Part shown: positions 26,450-40,663 of the stretch, one piece after another
How the letters are laid out: each line of letters starts with the position of its first letter
Position numbering within the stretch: position 1 is the first letter of the stretch
Made by a program: the position numbers and the translations under genes
Assembly: GCA_012295275.1 (NCBI GenBank)
Contig: CM022670.1
Coordinates: 19,096,001-19,160,000 of the forward strand
Direction: 5' to 3'
Length of the DNA: 64,000 bases
Source: Chrysomallon squamiferum
Taxonomy: Eukaryota; Animalia; Mollusca
The notes under the pieces: generated by a model
Database searches by the model: none
Seen by the model: the letters and a program-made list of their open reading frames with translations, nothing else
Told to the model about the DNA's origin: nothing

Positions 26450-27696
26450 TCAGCTCACTTGTTCCATTATCCAAGGCACTGTAAAATAAGAAACAATATT
26501 TTGTAATATCTAAGGCTTAATAAAATTTGTTTTACTCTTTGGCTGAAGCTGCTACAAGAATAAATAGGTTCTATCAAATTCCAGGGATAATTTCTAGCCT
26601 ATGAAAACCTGTCATTGACTTCATCACCTCCTTACTTAAGGAAACCTTATCTTATTTCAGTAAATAGTACAGAAACAACTGAAAATATCATGGAGACTTA
26701 TTTGTGTCATGGATAAATAAAATTCTTGTTTAAAGAGTACCTTTGGCTATACAAATGAAAAGCCTAATATATTGTCAATACTTCAAAAAAAAAAAAAAAG
26801 CTTTGTTTTGTTTTTCAAAATCCTATCTTTATAATAAAATATAACAACAAAGACATTTTAAAAATATGTATATGCCACCTCTATTATTGACATTATTCCA
26901 CAGGATTGGAATGATCCAACATTTCTTTAGTATCAGAAAAATACAAGGACAGGTTGTCAAAAAAACAAAGTAATAACTTGAAAGTAAAGTTCTATGTTTA
27001 TTTTTTATTACACCAATTATTCATACTACTAAAGTTATAGTTTAATCTACATTTTACAAACACATTTAAATACTTGATTCAAACAAAATTTAAATTGTAC
27101 ATTGTGATCCTAAGTTTTATTTAATACCAAAGTAACTTCATGGCTCACAAATTAATTATTTTTATTATTTGAGATGAAGCATGCAATGTTTTCAAAGTCA
27201 TTTACTTCTATATAATATACGTATCACCCTTAATGTAATTTCTGTAACTATCTTTCATACATCTCATCATGTCATGTGAAATGACTGATAAAAATATCAG
27301 ATTTAATTAATTACGTAAAGTATTTGTTCATTTATATAATATATATATAATATATGTATTTATTGTTATTATTAATTTTAATTTGTATGATTAATACGGA
27401 TATTTAAACATTATTATAATTTATATAATAATTAATATCAAATACGATGACATACATCATTACATGTTATTCAACTTATTCAAGTTATTGTTACAGTTTA
27501 AGTTTACGAATGTTAATTCATAATTGTTACCGTTTCCGATTTCGACTTGGTACTTACATGCACGAATTACTCCACATGTAAGAGCAAACAGAAACACGTT
27601 CTGGATAGTTGCTTGCAAAGCTAGCTTATTTTCGTTATGAATCTTCGATTTTTCAGCTTCAAAGTCACCCTTTCCTGAAGGCTCTAATCTGATCAT
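26450..27696 (-). CDS. TOMM5: Mitochondrial import receptor subunit TOM5 homolog (55 aa, 2 exons)
   Basis: Exon 27696-27558 (donor T|gtaagt) plus exon 26478-26450 (acceptor ttttacag) give MIRLEPSGKGDFEAEKSKIHNENKLALQATIQNVFLFALTCGVIRA-LPWIMEQVS*. Size, M-x-R-x-E start, TM segment and R-x-x-P-aromatic-I tail match metazoan Tom5 as I recall it (..[21 protein letters not shown]). Confidence 0.85.
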
Positions 27697-27835
27697 TTTG
27701 AAGGTTGTCTGTTTACGACATACGATGATACATGTGCGAAAGAATAATGTCGATCAAGGGCAATAACTCTAATGTTGGTGCAATAATTAGTATAGGCATT
27801 TTGGTTTTGGATTTAATCAGTATTTTTTTTTTTTT

Positions 27836-27872
<37 letters not shown>

Positions 27873-28520
27873 TCAATGGCACTGAGTAAAAAATGTATTT
27901 AGAATCGTTAGGGCGAAATCCAGTTATAGTTTGTGTTATTATTAATAATATTAAAAATATAGAAGCATTTTTAACACATATATAAATTATATTATTTTTT
28001 CTTGCAGTGATTAAATGTAATAATTATTCACTCTACAAACCCCAAACAATTGCCATTTTTCACATTTTATCATTTATGATTATAGTTGCCAAAAATATTA
28101 ATAATTTGTATTAGTATTTCTTATTATAAGAACCTTTTCCACCCTCTAACATTAAAGAAGAAAATAATAACAATAACAACAACAGTAATTATAAAAATAA
28201 ACTTTAATTAGACTCTTTGTTCGTAACTGAATATCTGGTTGACACAAATAACTGGATTATATATTAACAACAACAGCCAAAAATTATCCAAAAGGATAAG
28301 TAGTATAATAACATTTTAGATGAATTTCTCTACTGCAGCTAATATAACCTTTCATCCTTTAATATCTCTGATAACGGTTCAGCTTATTAAGTATCATTGT
28401 ATGTTAGCGACATGTTTTTTTTTTTTTTTTGTATGTAGGCTATTGTACATACAGACGTTCTGCTTGACCGCAAAGAGATCTACACGAGCATTTTCCCCGT
28501 GGACACTGCTGTTTCACATA
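27697..28520. promoter_or_regulatory. Probable bidirectional promoter region, TOMM5 (-) / GH27 gene (+)
   Basis: Divergent start codons about 825 bp apart, with CpG-enriched patches next to both first coding exons. Confidence 0.5.
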
Positions 28521-29443
28521 ATGTTCTTGTTTTCCTTTGTTCTCTTGTCGGGATTTTCGCTAACATTTTGTTTAAATAATGGACTGGCTCTGACCCCGCC
28601 AATGGGGTGGCTTACATGGGAAAGATTCAGATGCAATACGGACTGCGAGAATGACCCAGATAATTGTATAGGGTATGTTGAATGTAGGGTGTGTATGGCT
28701 GGATTAAAGAAACACTTAATACACACATGTGCACATGTACAGGCATGTCAGTCCACACACGCAAACACCCATTAATCCATAATTATGTGCACTCAGATTG
28801 TGAGTGTATATATATTAACAAAAAATAAAATAAAATAAAATATTGCATTTGAATATAATTTATTAATATTATTTCTAAAAATCCAATCGATTTATAACAG
28901 AAATATTAATACTCATGAAAAACAAGTGAGAAATATGTGATGCATAAAAATAATTTTGAACTTAGTTTTATCTGTTTAAAATCTGGAGAAAATCATCCTG
29001 TCTACCCCTCTTAACCAAAGAGTGCTCATATGCCTATGTACATATTAAGGCAGATATATAATCTTTGGTTTTAATCTCGTAAAATTATTTCATTAAAATA
29101 AATACAACAGTATTAATAAAAACAATTTATTGTTTTTCGCCGATAATAAAACCAATACTATAATGTTTTAAACCGAGCAGTAATTTCTAGGGCGGTACCA
29201 AATTTCATCATTTTTTGTCGTTTTCAACAAATTACACTCACTTTATTTACATACTTTTTTAATAGAGAGAAGTTAATAAAAGCAATGACTGATGAAATGG
29301 TTTCTGGAGGCTACTTTGAGGCAGGTTATCAGTATGTGTGTATTGACGACTGCTGGCCTTCCAAAGAACGAGACAGTGAAGGTCGACTGGTTCCAGATCC
29401 TAAACGATTTCCTAGTGGCATGAAGGCTCTCGCAGACTATGTA

Positions 29444-29522
<79 letters not shown>

Positions 29523-29555
29523 CATTCTATATATTTATTTATTGTTTGTTTGTTG

Positions 29556-29588
<33 letters not shown>

Positions 29589-32471
29589 CCTGCTTTTCAA
29601 AATGATGAAATAAACACAGTCAATGAATTATACAGTATACTATTTCAGTAAGATTATATAAAACCAAGCTATATATATTAACGTGATGATTTTTAAAGAT
29701 TAAAATTCTATTATTTAAATTGTTGTGATGTTTCAGGTTCATTCGAAAGGTTTAAAATTAGGTATATATGAAGATTTCGGCACAAAAACATGTGCTGGAT
29801 ATCCGGGCAGTGAGTTCTATATGGAGTTGGATGCCAAAACGTTTGCAGAGTGGGGAATCGATTTGCTGAAGTTTGATGGATGCAATTCAAACCGACACGA
29901 CATGGATGCAGGTAATATAATGTTGTTTTTTTTTCTCATAATATCAATGGGCAGTTACTTATATATGAATAAATAAATGAATTAATTATTGTACATTGAC
30001 ACCTCACGACAAAATTATATAGACTATTAGATATGAAAGCATTTATATGAATAAGTTAACAAATCAGTTTACAGTTTTAATTGAAATGTGATGTAGACAT
30101 ATTTTGCGTAAAATGTAACTTTAAAACATCTCCATCATCATCATTATTATTGTTGTTCTAGATGCTGTTGTTGCTACTGCTGCTATTGTGTTGCTGTCAT
30201 CGTCATAGTAACAATTATTATTATTATTGTTGTCATGTTTGAAGATATTCTTGCCTTTGTCGTTGTTATTATTGTTGATGTTGTTGAAGACGTCGTTGTC
30301 ACTGTTTTTATCAAAAGTACACATCGGATTTGTGAAATAAAATATTCAGCTCTATTTGATACTAAAACAATTTTTAATTCTCTAAAAGGTCACCATCTAA
30401 TCATTTTCGTTACTAAATATGGAATATATATCGTCTTCCTTTTTGTTCTTCTTGTTATTGTTATCCTTCTTCTTCTTCTTGTTGTTATTAGTGTTATTAT
30501 TTTTATTATTATTATTATTCTTGTAGGTTATACGGCTATGTCTTTTTACTTGAACCAAACGGGTAGACCTATTTTATTCTCGTGTGAATGGCCGTTGTAT
30601 CAGTCTGTCTCAGGCATAAACGTAAGTTATCATTCACTGAAAATTAATTAAGTAAATAAAAGATCCAGGTCATTCATAATTTGGGATGTGATATCTTAAT
30701 TAAAATTAACATATGCTCACTTGAAATTTGTTAAAAATAATAGATACCCAATAATACGTCTAAATGACGACGCACTCAACACATTTTTATACTTTTTATG
30801 ATTTAAATAGCGCCATTTGTATGGTTAAGGACCATACAGGTAAAGAATAAATATGAGCTTAAAGTATTTTCAATACGGATTATACTGAATATGAAAATAG
30901 TATAATTACAAGAAGGCGATCCTTCATGGATTTTTATATCCATCACTAAATGCAGCAAAACCAATTAATTATTTATTTTGATAAAATAATTGTAGCGAAT
31001 TTTCTGTACACTCAACAAAGATGTAAATTTCACTGAGTTAATGAATCAATCAATCAATAAATAAAATTATTTAAACCAAAATGTCGATATTCTTGTAAAA
31101 TGGCATGACCTTCATTTCGACTTTATTTTAGCCAAATTTTACAAAGATTAGACAAACTTGCAACATGTGGAGAGATTATTCTGATATAAACGACTCTTGG
31201 GACAGCGTTAGAAACACCATAGCAATTGTAGGAGAAAATAAATACAACCAGAGTGACTATGCAGGTCCGGGTGGATGGAACGATCCAGATATGGTAGGTA
31301 TCACCTGGTTGTGGTTGGCATCACCCGGTTAAAATAATGCACCTGCACCTACGTGGAAACTCAAAGCTGTCCAAATTGTTGAAATGCTATTATAAACACG
31401 TGTCTTAATTTTATTTTATTTTTGTACATAAAAAAAGTAGATAAAACATTTTCTCTTCTCAGCAACTTAATGTTGATTTAATTTAGGCTAATAACATTAA
31501 TCAGAACCCATAAAAAATACGTCAGTGTTAAAATAATATGTAAATATAATTTTATTAAATTTCGCAAATTGGTTTTATTGTTGACGTTGTTGTTTGTTGT
31601 TTATTTGGGCGTTTTTGTGGATTTTTTAAATGAATATATTCATTTATATTGAAATGATAATTTCATAAAAATTCCAGCTGGTTATTGGTGATTTTGGCTT
31701 AAGTTCTGAACAAGAGAAGACACAGTTTGCAATGTGGGCTATGTTTGCGGCACCTCTCCTGATGTCAAATGATTTGCGAAGTATTAGTTCGACATCTCGC
31801 GAGTTACTTCTGAACAAGAGGATGATAGCTGTGAATCAAGATAAACTGGGCGTGCAGGGGACAAGGATTTTAGAGGTTTGGAAAAATAAAAATCCCAAAA
31901 TGATGACGATGACGATAATAAATATAACGATAAGTAGAAGCAAATGATTTAAAACAACAACAACAACAACAAACAAACTATTTATATTGTTCTGAAAGAT
32001 ATATTTTAATGGCCGGTAGATGAATTTTTAAATTAATATATTTCTGCCCGCTCTGTTCGTATTACGTAACCTTGACCCCTATAGACTCTTTAATTTTCAC
32101 TTGTATTAAATTTCATTACATTATGTAAATTACATTATATCATATTATATTAAACATACACACGTATAAAACGCTTCTTATTTCAGATTTCCGGCATAGA
32201 AATATGGAATCGCCCTATTCTGCCAAAAGGCAGTTACGCCATCGCTGTCCTCAATATAGGAGAAGGTGGATCTGCACAAATATTGACTCTTACAGGTTTA
32301 CAGCTAGGGCTGCATGATCCAAAAGGCTACGTTCTACAAAATGTTATTGATGGTTCATCGATGGGAAAACTAAAACCTACAGAATCATTAAAGCTTTCTG
32401 TAAATCCAACTGGAGTGGTGATGTTCACTGCTACCTTACAGAAAGATACAAAACTGTATTTTGAGCCTTAA
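28521..32471 (+). CDS. GLA: GH27 lysosomal alpha-galactosidase A / alpha-N-acetylgalactosaminidase family enzyme, 413 aa, GLA-type pocket
   Basis: 7 exons: 28521-28672, 29266-29440, 29737-29911, 30527-30621, 31132-31293, 31678-31875, 32187-32471 (1242 nt). Signal peptide then [19 protein letters not shown], nucleophile [14 protein letters not shown], acid/base [27 protein letters not shown]. Family is certain; GLA versus NAGA is inferred from pocket residues. Confidence 0.93.
29447..29519 (+). repeat. (CT)36 microsatellite
   Basis: Perfect CT run starting 6 nt into intron 2 of the GH27 gene. Confidence 0.98.
30765..30845. mobile_element. Short interspersed-repeat (SINE-like) fragment
   Basis: gacgacgcactcaacacatttt..atggttaaggaccatacag resembles a high-copy gastropod repeat I recall; not verified here. 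Confidence 0.45.
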
Positions 32472-33503
32472 TAGCTGGTTTTTGTTGTGGCAGAAAACAT
32501 TAAAGAACTTTATAAAAATATTAATGGTAGAAAGTGAACAATTTACTGAAAAGAAAACAGACTGAATAACGTTGAGAAAATGTCTTAACTTCTGATTGTT
32601 TTTATCGTTTGTTTGTTTGTTTTTAACTCTTGATTGTTGTCGTTATAATTATTAATAGAAGTAATAGTAACATTTATATTGTTTTTGTTATACTTAGATT
32701 GACTAGAAACTAAAATACACTTTTCAGTTATAATATTATTATATCTATACTGTATTTGAATTTATAAGTGAAATAAATGTTTGCAGATTCATAGTATAGA
32801 ACAATATATTTTTTTCATAATTTATAATTTAAATAAATTAGAAATAAAAATTCAATAATAAGTTTACTTGCGATTTGACTAGAGATTAAAACGTTTGAAC
32901 CAATTTAATTTAGATAAGCAATTTCGAGATTTCAGTCAGTATAAATCTATGAAAATATTTAATTTTCTTTTCAAAGCCAGAGCTATTCTGGTTTCTAGAT
33001 ATTATTCAAAATGATAATGTATATAATAATAAATAATGCGCTGAAATAAATGAACCAAGATAAGTGTGGTTATATCACAGATATACACTTTTAAAGAGGT
33101 AATTTTAAACTGTTGCTTTCAATTTTATCTTATTTTTATTAGTAGTATAAATTTACAATTATCACTTCACTACCAAAATAAATTGTTCTAAAACAAAATA
33201 AAAATAAAAAATAAAAAATAAAACATTTTTGACACATGTATATATCCTTATAATTATTTTGTTTTCCTTAAGGTAGGTTGATTCCATCTAATTTGAGATG
33301 GCCTTTCGAAATACTGTCTTTACCAAAAATCTAATTTTTATTCGAGTAAATAAAAACACACATGTACAAGACAAAATGATTGGTGCGTCTTCTTATTAGA
33401 GCGTTCAAAATTGTTGCGGAAATTAAAACGGAAGAAAAAACATGGCCTCAAAGGAAAGAAAAAGATGTGAATCTATACATTAATTATTCCGATTGTTAGA
33501 TTA

Positions 33504-36500
33504 ATGAAACTTAAGATGGAAACATCAGACACTATTATAGATCCTCATTCTGAAGTTGAAAAGCTTCAGGAATTAGTAAAAACATTACAACGTCAAAATG
33601 AAGCTCTGCGAAATAAGCAGAAAGGCGGTGGCGGTGATCACCAGCAGAACGGACAAATGGACAAAATTGTCTCAAACCATAATAATAACATCTCAGCAAA
33701 ACCTAAAAGACAAGAAAGTGAACAAGAAAAAGCTTCAACTGAAACAGTAGATGATATTAATATAATAAACTTGGACGATATGTCTCTAAAAGACGAAGAA
33801 GATAGTTGGTAAGTGAATTTGACATTTAGCCAAATTTATAAAACAAAACTATTATTCATATTTTATTTAGTTATTGATTTCATTGACCGATATAATTAAA
33901 TTTTAATGAAAATTATTATTGTTTTATTAACAGATTGGTTACAAAAAATGTAAACTAAGTAGAAACTTGCAAAACAAAATGACTAAGTCAGATATAATAA
34001 TTGATTAATTTAAAAAGGAAAAACAAAAGATTTTAAGAAGTGTACATAAGTGATAAAACATGTTAGCAGGTTACACCGCTTCTGTTTTATTGTTTGGTTT
34101 CACAACTATATTAGATATGTTAAATTAGTCTAAATACTTAATAAATACCAAACCCAAAGATATTGGTTTTTATTGTTAAAAAATAATATTACTAGTACAA
34201 CAATAAGAATAAAATATGTGTTTATATTAAAGATTGTAATTAATAATATATAATTAATATATATTTCCTGTTGAAATCAAAACCTTTGATAGTTCAATTC
34301 TTCTGATACAGCACTGAGCAGTATTATCTGTCAGAATTTGACAGAATGTCTGAATATTTAATTATGATACTTCAATACAGTAAGCTAAAATTGATCCAGT
34401 CATCTGCACAACTTTCTTTAAAGAAGAAGAAGAAAAAGAATAGTTTGATTGAATTGTATTGTAATTGATAACTTGGATTTTATTAAATAATCTAGTGTTG
34501 AAGTCAGTATCTCCCAGCTGTTTTGAATTGATTTCTGTCACAGCACATAGATCCTAATTGGATCTCATAAAACAGACAAAATACATACAATTTAAAAAAA
34601 AAAAAAAAAAAAAATGTATATGATTTTCATTACTGAATGTTGCCCAAGTGGTAATTTGAATAGTTTTCAATGGATAATATATATCTTATTTAATTGTTTG
34701 TAGTACAGCAGATCCATGGATCATTTCTCTTTAACATTGTTATTGAGTTATTTTCCCATTCCAGCCAATTTTTTCAATGATTAAGAAATTTGTATAGAAA
34801 TGTTGCTAGTTTCTTTCATTATGATTATTTAAGTTGATGTATGTAGGTATTTAAATCATATCAGAGAGCTCTTATTAGCAATGTTTTGAGATGTTTATAT
34901 TGTTTAATTCAGAATATGCAACCATGTATTTTAAAGTAGAAATTAGATCATCAATTTTCTTTAAACTTAAAACGGCCTGTTTATGTGTCTGTATTAAACT
35001 ATCACATCCAAATTAGCTTGACTGTTGAAAGATAAAAGCAATTACTCATAGCTACAGTTTCAGACTATTAAATCCTTTCTTTTGCATTAAAATGGTTGTG
35101 GACAGACGACCCAGATTTCAAAAAGTGTTGCAAGACAGATAAAATTTACTTAAAATTTTAACATGAAATAGTTAAGTATATGTACATTAACATATAAAAC
35201 AATGCAAAAATTATCAAACATAAACAGTAACAATTTTATGTATTTATAAAGGAAATTTTTAAAAATATGATTTGTAATAATATTATTTTGGATTTTAGAG
35301 AGTGGTAAACATTTTTTTTTTTTTTATACCAATTATTAAATAATTGACAGAGGACAGTTTATCAGTATGTTATGGATCACTTTCAAGGTATTATTAGCTC
35401 TTAATGTGCTAAAACGGATTTTGCTTTTTATCTGTTTCCATTCAAGATAAAAATTAACTAAGCTCGTTAAATGAATGCTCATATATCCATACTGGTAACT
35501 GAAACACTTGCAGCTGTTCCTGTAAACATTTAAAGTAAACATGGTTGTGAGTCATCTAATCCTTTGAGGCTGGTCTTGTAAATACACCTATCCACTAGGT
35601 CAGCCAGGTACATCTTCACATTCATTAATGAGCTGTCTATTGTGCTATTGTTTATGCTGACCTCTTCCTCTATCAGTGTTGTCCATGCTAATAAGATATT
35701 AAGAACTGTGAACAGTTGAATAATTCACATACATGTTTTAAATTAAAAAAATAATTTAAAAAAATTTTTTTTTTTTATTTAAATATTTTTGGGATAATTT
35801 TTTTATTATTTAATCAGTTATTATTATTATTATTATTTTTATAATCGAATAATTATATTAACAGACTGAATCTCTTGTTTGAAGGTAATATAATATTTAA
35901 TTTGTTTCTGTCTTTCTCACATGCATGCAGTATATTTTGTCACTAAAACTCAATTTCATAATCAGTTTTTAAAATTTCAATATATATAATAATTGTAATA
36001 TATACAGGTAATTCCATTATAATTTTTTATCACTACAGTATTATATCATTTTTTTGCTTCTGTTTTATATTTAAAAATGACATTGTTTAATTTACCCTAA
36101 TGTTTTTTCTTTCAGGTTGTATTCTTCACCTAAACCACCGACTCCTCAGCAAACTCGTGTCAGCCCATACAAGTGGGTACGACAAGAATTTGACAATCCT
36201 AGTCCACAGTTGATGTCATCCAAGAGATCATTAATAAATAAATTAGAAGAAGTAGCTAGAAGTGAGTTCAGTTGTTGTTTTGATGATGTGTTTGGATTGG
36301 TTTTTAAAGTTCACTGTGAAGCTAACTAATAGCTTATATATGCTAAATATGTTTTCAATTAATTATTTCTTTCTTCCTTTATAGAGATCATTGCTTGCTA
36401 AAAAGGAAAAAAAAGAAAGAAATAATTTAACAATCAAACATAGTTAATACTAGTATATGAATCCAAAAAATTATCAAGACAGAATTTATTTTTTTAGTTT

Positions 36501-37567
36501 CTTTTATTGTATATCTGACTTTAAATTTTATATAATATTAAAAGAAAAGAAAAAGTTATATAGTTATTTAATACAAACTGTCTTTATTGATATAATTTGA
36601 ATGATCTAGTCATTATTTAATTTTGTATATCTTTTATGTTGAACAGCTAACATTCTTGTTTTATGCTAATTGAAAATGCTATGTGTTTTTAAATTCAGAC
36701 ACTATATTAATAAATATTTAATATTTCTGACTAAAACTTAATAGATTTTTATTTTTATTTTTTTAAAATATTTATCTATTTTTACCAGTGAACAGAAGCT
36801 CAAGTTCACCCTCTTTGGCTAACTGTGCATCTACCAGTCGATCACTGACAACACTGAATCGTTCTTTGGGCAGTGCTCAGAATGGACTCCACAGACCTAC
36901 TCCCAGACAATTTTTGTTAGCCTCTAACCAAGGTAGTTTATAGTATGATAACATGACTCCAGACCTTTTTTTAATTTTTTTTATTATAATTATTATTTTA
37001 TTTTATTTTATTTTATTTTATTTTATTTTATTTTATTTTATTTTATTTTACTTTACTTTATTTTATTTTATTTTATTTTATTTTATTTCATTTTATTTTA
37101 GTTTATTTTTTGTTTGTTTGTTTTATTTAATTATTCCATTATAGAGACTATAGTACTTATGCATTTTTAAAATTATCCACATTAATTATTATTATTTTTA
37201 AATTAAATATATAGCTTTGTACATATTTTTATTATTATAATTATTGCTATTATTATTATTATTAGCTAGCAGAGTTGATACTGGTACTTTCACCAGACCG
37301 AAAAGGGCTAAAGAAAGGCAAAGACAAAACAGTTATGAAAAAGAAAATGAGCCAAAGGAAGAAACTGTGTATAAATCTCCAGATGTTTTTGAGATAGAAA
37401 ATCTTGCCAAACTACAAGAAGAGAGTATGTATTTCACATAGTTTGTATAAAAGTAATTATTATAAACAACCAAAGAGTTTCTGATAAATGATAATACATA
37501 GACATTATTATGACATGTACTGATGATGTAGCATGCTAATTGCAATTATTTTTGTTTGCACATTTTG

Positions 37568-37598
<31 letters not shown>

Positions 37599-38954
37599 TT
37601 TAACAAACATTTATGAAACAAATTGTATTTATTCTAAGACAATTTTCGTTATTAAATTGTTTTTCTTTCCTGCTGTTTATTTGTTATTAATTATTTTTTA
37701 TAAAGTAGTGACAAAACTTTTTATATTCCAGGTCTTAGACAAAGTATATCTCCATATACATCTCCTAGAAAAGGTAAGATGTATTTTGTATTCTGCTGAT
37801 TTTATGTTGTTATCAGTATTTATAATTCCTAAAGCTACTGTATTTAAGTTTATAAGTAGTCATTAAACATTGACCTTAGAATGTTCAACAAAACTAAAAT
37901 ATTCATCTTTCTTTGCCTTTACTGCTTTCAAATTTTTCCATATCTGAGCACACGTGTTCAAAACATCAATCATTATTTTTGTCTATCTGTCTTGGGCATT
38001 GTTGTATAACTCAAACTGTAGGCAGGTATTGAAGTAGGTTTTAGAGATGTTCTTCGTCAAGTGTACATTACAAGAAGCCAATGCTAACAAACATTTCTGT
38101 TCAAATATTTATCTTCTTCCAGCAGTTATTTGAGCTAAAATAAATACTATTATTTGTGTTACAATGAAAGAAAGGAACCGTATTTTAATTTCAGGATTTA
38201 TTGGTTAAAATAAATATTATTTTTAATATCAAAATAACAATAATTTAATTTCAGACAACTTTTAAAAATAAATTATTATAATTGAAATGGTTAATATTTT
38301 AACATTCAGTTACAATTCTTATTATTTTTTATATTATAATGAAAATATTAATATTTGAATTTAAGAATTTCTTTTAGTTAAAATGATTATTGATATAAAC
38401 AAAAGGATTAATATTTAAATTTTGGAATTGTTCATTCAAATTAAATGTCATCATTAATTTGTCTAATTAAAAGAATTAGTATTATAATTATACAAAATGC
38501 CTTGCTGTTAATATGTTTCAAAATTATCCATAAAACAAAAATAACTAAAATTTATAAATCAGGATCCCCCATATAAATATTGTTTTGCACATTCAAAAAA
38601 TTGTGAATATGTATAATTTAGGATTACGAAGTCGACAGTTTTCTGACCCAGACAATGGTTCTCCTGGTGGATCAAATCGGTCAAGTCCTGGACGATTTGA
38701 TGGTAAGTAGGCAGTATTGTTGGCCATTTTAAAAACAGTAATGTTAATTCAGTAATCAGATTTGTCTGACATGAATACACAATCCAGACATGACTGTATG
38801 CATGACTTAGTATTAGGTTTTAACATATATGAGGATTAGGTTAAAGAAGAGATGGTATGGTGTTCTTAACACTTAGCTGAGATGTTCACATGATACAGTC
38901 TGAGTACCTAGAGATTTAATGCCAATGGCTTAACCACCATATCAATAATTTTTC

Positions 38955-38997
<43 letters not shown>

Positions 38998-40429
38998 CTT
39001 GCTTGATTAATTTTTAATTTTTTTTAAAAACACATCTCTCTTATTTTGGGAACAAACTTCAAACTTCTCACATTTATTATTATCTGATTGTTTTTTGTTA
39101 TTATTTTTATGGCTTTATTATTCTTTATAAAGTACTAAATAGATTTTGATTTGCACGAACTTGAACTTAAGTTATATTTTGAATATTTAGGTGATAATGT
39201 AATGATGCCTCCTCAACAGCATAGAAATAGTCTAGGATCTGATGCTAGCAGTCCTCCTGAAAGTCCCTATGGAAGTCAGTATCTTAGTCCTGGCCTACCA
39301 GTTTATAATCCAGGTAATAATTCTGTTGACCAAGACCATACATATTTAAAGTATACTTAAATATAATTTGTTTATTCTGAAAAGATTATTTTAATGGTTT
39401 AATGACAAATCAATGCTGAAAGTTGCAATCCTCTTCATAAACACACACCCGCAAAATAATCTTATTAGAATTCATAGAGGCAGGTGTTTTGTCCTCATTT
39501 TGTTCATGCTTACTGTGTATTTACTGTATGTCTTGTATTCTGTTGATAACATTTATAATGATAGTTCTCTCACTTTTAATAGTTAAACTGTTTCTTTATC
39601 AAAGTTTTTTAATATTTAGTTTATTCACATAATTTCTACTAATTTTAGAATATCAGCCACGCAGGAGTTTACAACCTGGGAATCGACTCCAGTATCCTCC
39701 ATCAGCTCTTCATTCCAGTGACTCGAGCCTTGACCATCAGTCTAATGGTAGTGATGAGATGAATTTAGCCCCAGAAGGACGGAATATGAGTCGTCTACAC
39801 CAACCAGTGATACGAGCACAGTCACCTGGCTATAGTGGACTGAAACCACCTTCGGCTGGTTTACGAGGGTCATCGCCATCTCGAAGTAGTCTTCCTACCC
39901 CAAATCGACGAACAATACCCAGACCAGCCGCAGGTCGATCGTCTTTGCCTACTCCCAAAAGGTAACTATTTTAGTTCAGTCTGTTTACATTTTTCATCTA
40001 GTTTCTACTAATACATGTTGCAAAGATGAAGGCCAAAACAAAAAGTAGATTCTATTAACATTTTTATATTTTATATACATTTAACATCACTGGCTATTTT
40101 GTTCAGTGAAAATGGTCAAACTGAAATAAAACAAATACAGGAAATGTGGGAATGGATTTTGTCTTCCTAATCGAATGTCATCAAATTAAACAAAAAAAAG
40201 ATTGCATCTGGTCAGAAATAAAATATGTGATTTTATTGACCAGTCTTCAAACTGAAATACAAATAAATGGAACATGGTCATGGGTTTTGTCCATCTCAGT
40301 GAATGTGTAGTTTACTGACACTGTATTATGATTTGAATGTTGAATTTTCATTGCAGATCAAACATGTCTTCTCCACGACCACCCTCCTCTCAGGGTTCTG
40401 AAGAAAGCTGGCGGGAAGGATGCTTCTAG
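33504..40429 (+). CDS. SLAIN2: SLAIN motif-containing microtubule plus-end tracking protein (SLAIN1/2 co-ortholog), about 461 aa
   Basis: 9 exons: 33504-33808, 36116-36261, 36789-36932, 37266-37424, 37732-37773, 38622-38702, 39191-39313, 39649-39961, 40357-40429 (1386 nt). N-terminal coiled coil EVEKLQELVKTLQRQNEALR, EDSWLYSSPK, LAKLQEESLRQ, SxIP-like motifs (SSLP, RTIP), C-terminus SWREGCF*. Confidence 0.92.
36985..37105 (+). repeat. (TTTTA)n pentanucleotide repeat
   Basis: Near-perfect tandem ttttattttatttta array in SLAIN intron 3. Confidence 0.9.
38860..38940 (-). mobile_element. Decayed tRNA-derived SINE head (tentative)
   Basis: Minus strand reads ggtggttaagccattggc..aggtactcag, an A-box-like tRNA-SINE start, and is more GC-rich than the intron. 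Confidence 0.3.
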
Positions 40430-40528
40430 AACAAATATTTAATTTATTTTATGGGTTTTATCTCTCAGCACTGATAAATAACATAGATAGAAAAAGTCTT
40501 ATTTGCTTTGTTAAGGCTTCTGATAACA

Positions 40529-40663
40529 AAGACACCTACTTTAATATATGCAAAAACTACATATAAATAATTTTAAATTAAGATTACGAAAATACTGGTG
40601 ATATTGATAATTTATTTTCCTTTCTTCTTGATAGTGAAGACACCTACTTTAATATATGCAAAA
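40529..40663 (+). repeat. 27-bp direct repeat in SLAIN 3' UTR
   Basis: aagacacctactttaatatatgcaaaa at 40529-40555 and 40637-40663. Confidence 0.9.

Noticed and set aside
28320-28520. N-terminal extension of the GH27 ORF
   Set aside because: Passes through a poly-T acceptor-like tract; ATG 28521 gives a proper signal peptide directly before LNNGL
29273-29651. ORFs with ERERER / SLSLSL runs
   Set aside because: Translations of the (CT)36 microsatellite; only 29266-29440 is a real exon
30121-30526. Hydrophobic V/I/L-rich and N-rich ORFs resembling membrane proteins
   Set aside because: Degenerate (GTT/ATT/CTT)n trinucleotide repeats in an intron; only 30527-30621 is coding
36953-37144. ILFYF-repeat hydrophobic ORF
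   Set aside because: Translation of the (TTTTA)n intronic repeat
40116-40306. Degenerate duplication with about 130-bp period in the last SLAIN intron
   Set aside because: No splice signals or ORF; looks like a neutral local duplication
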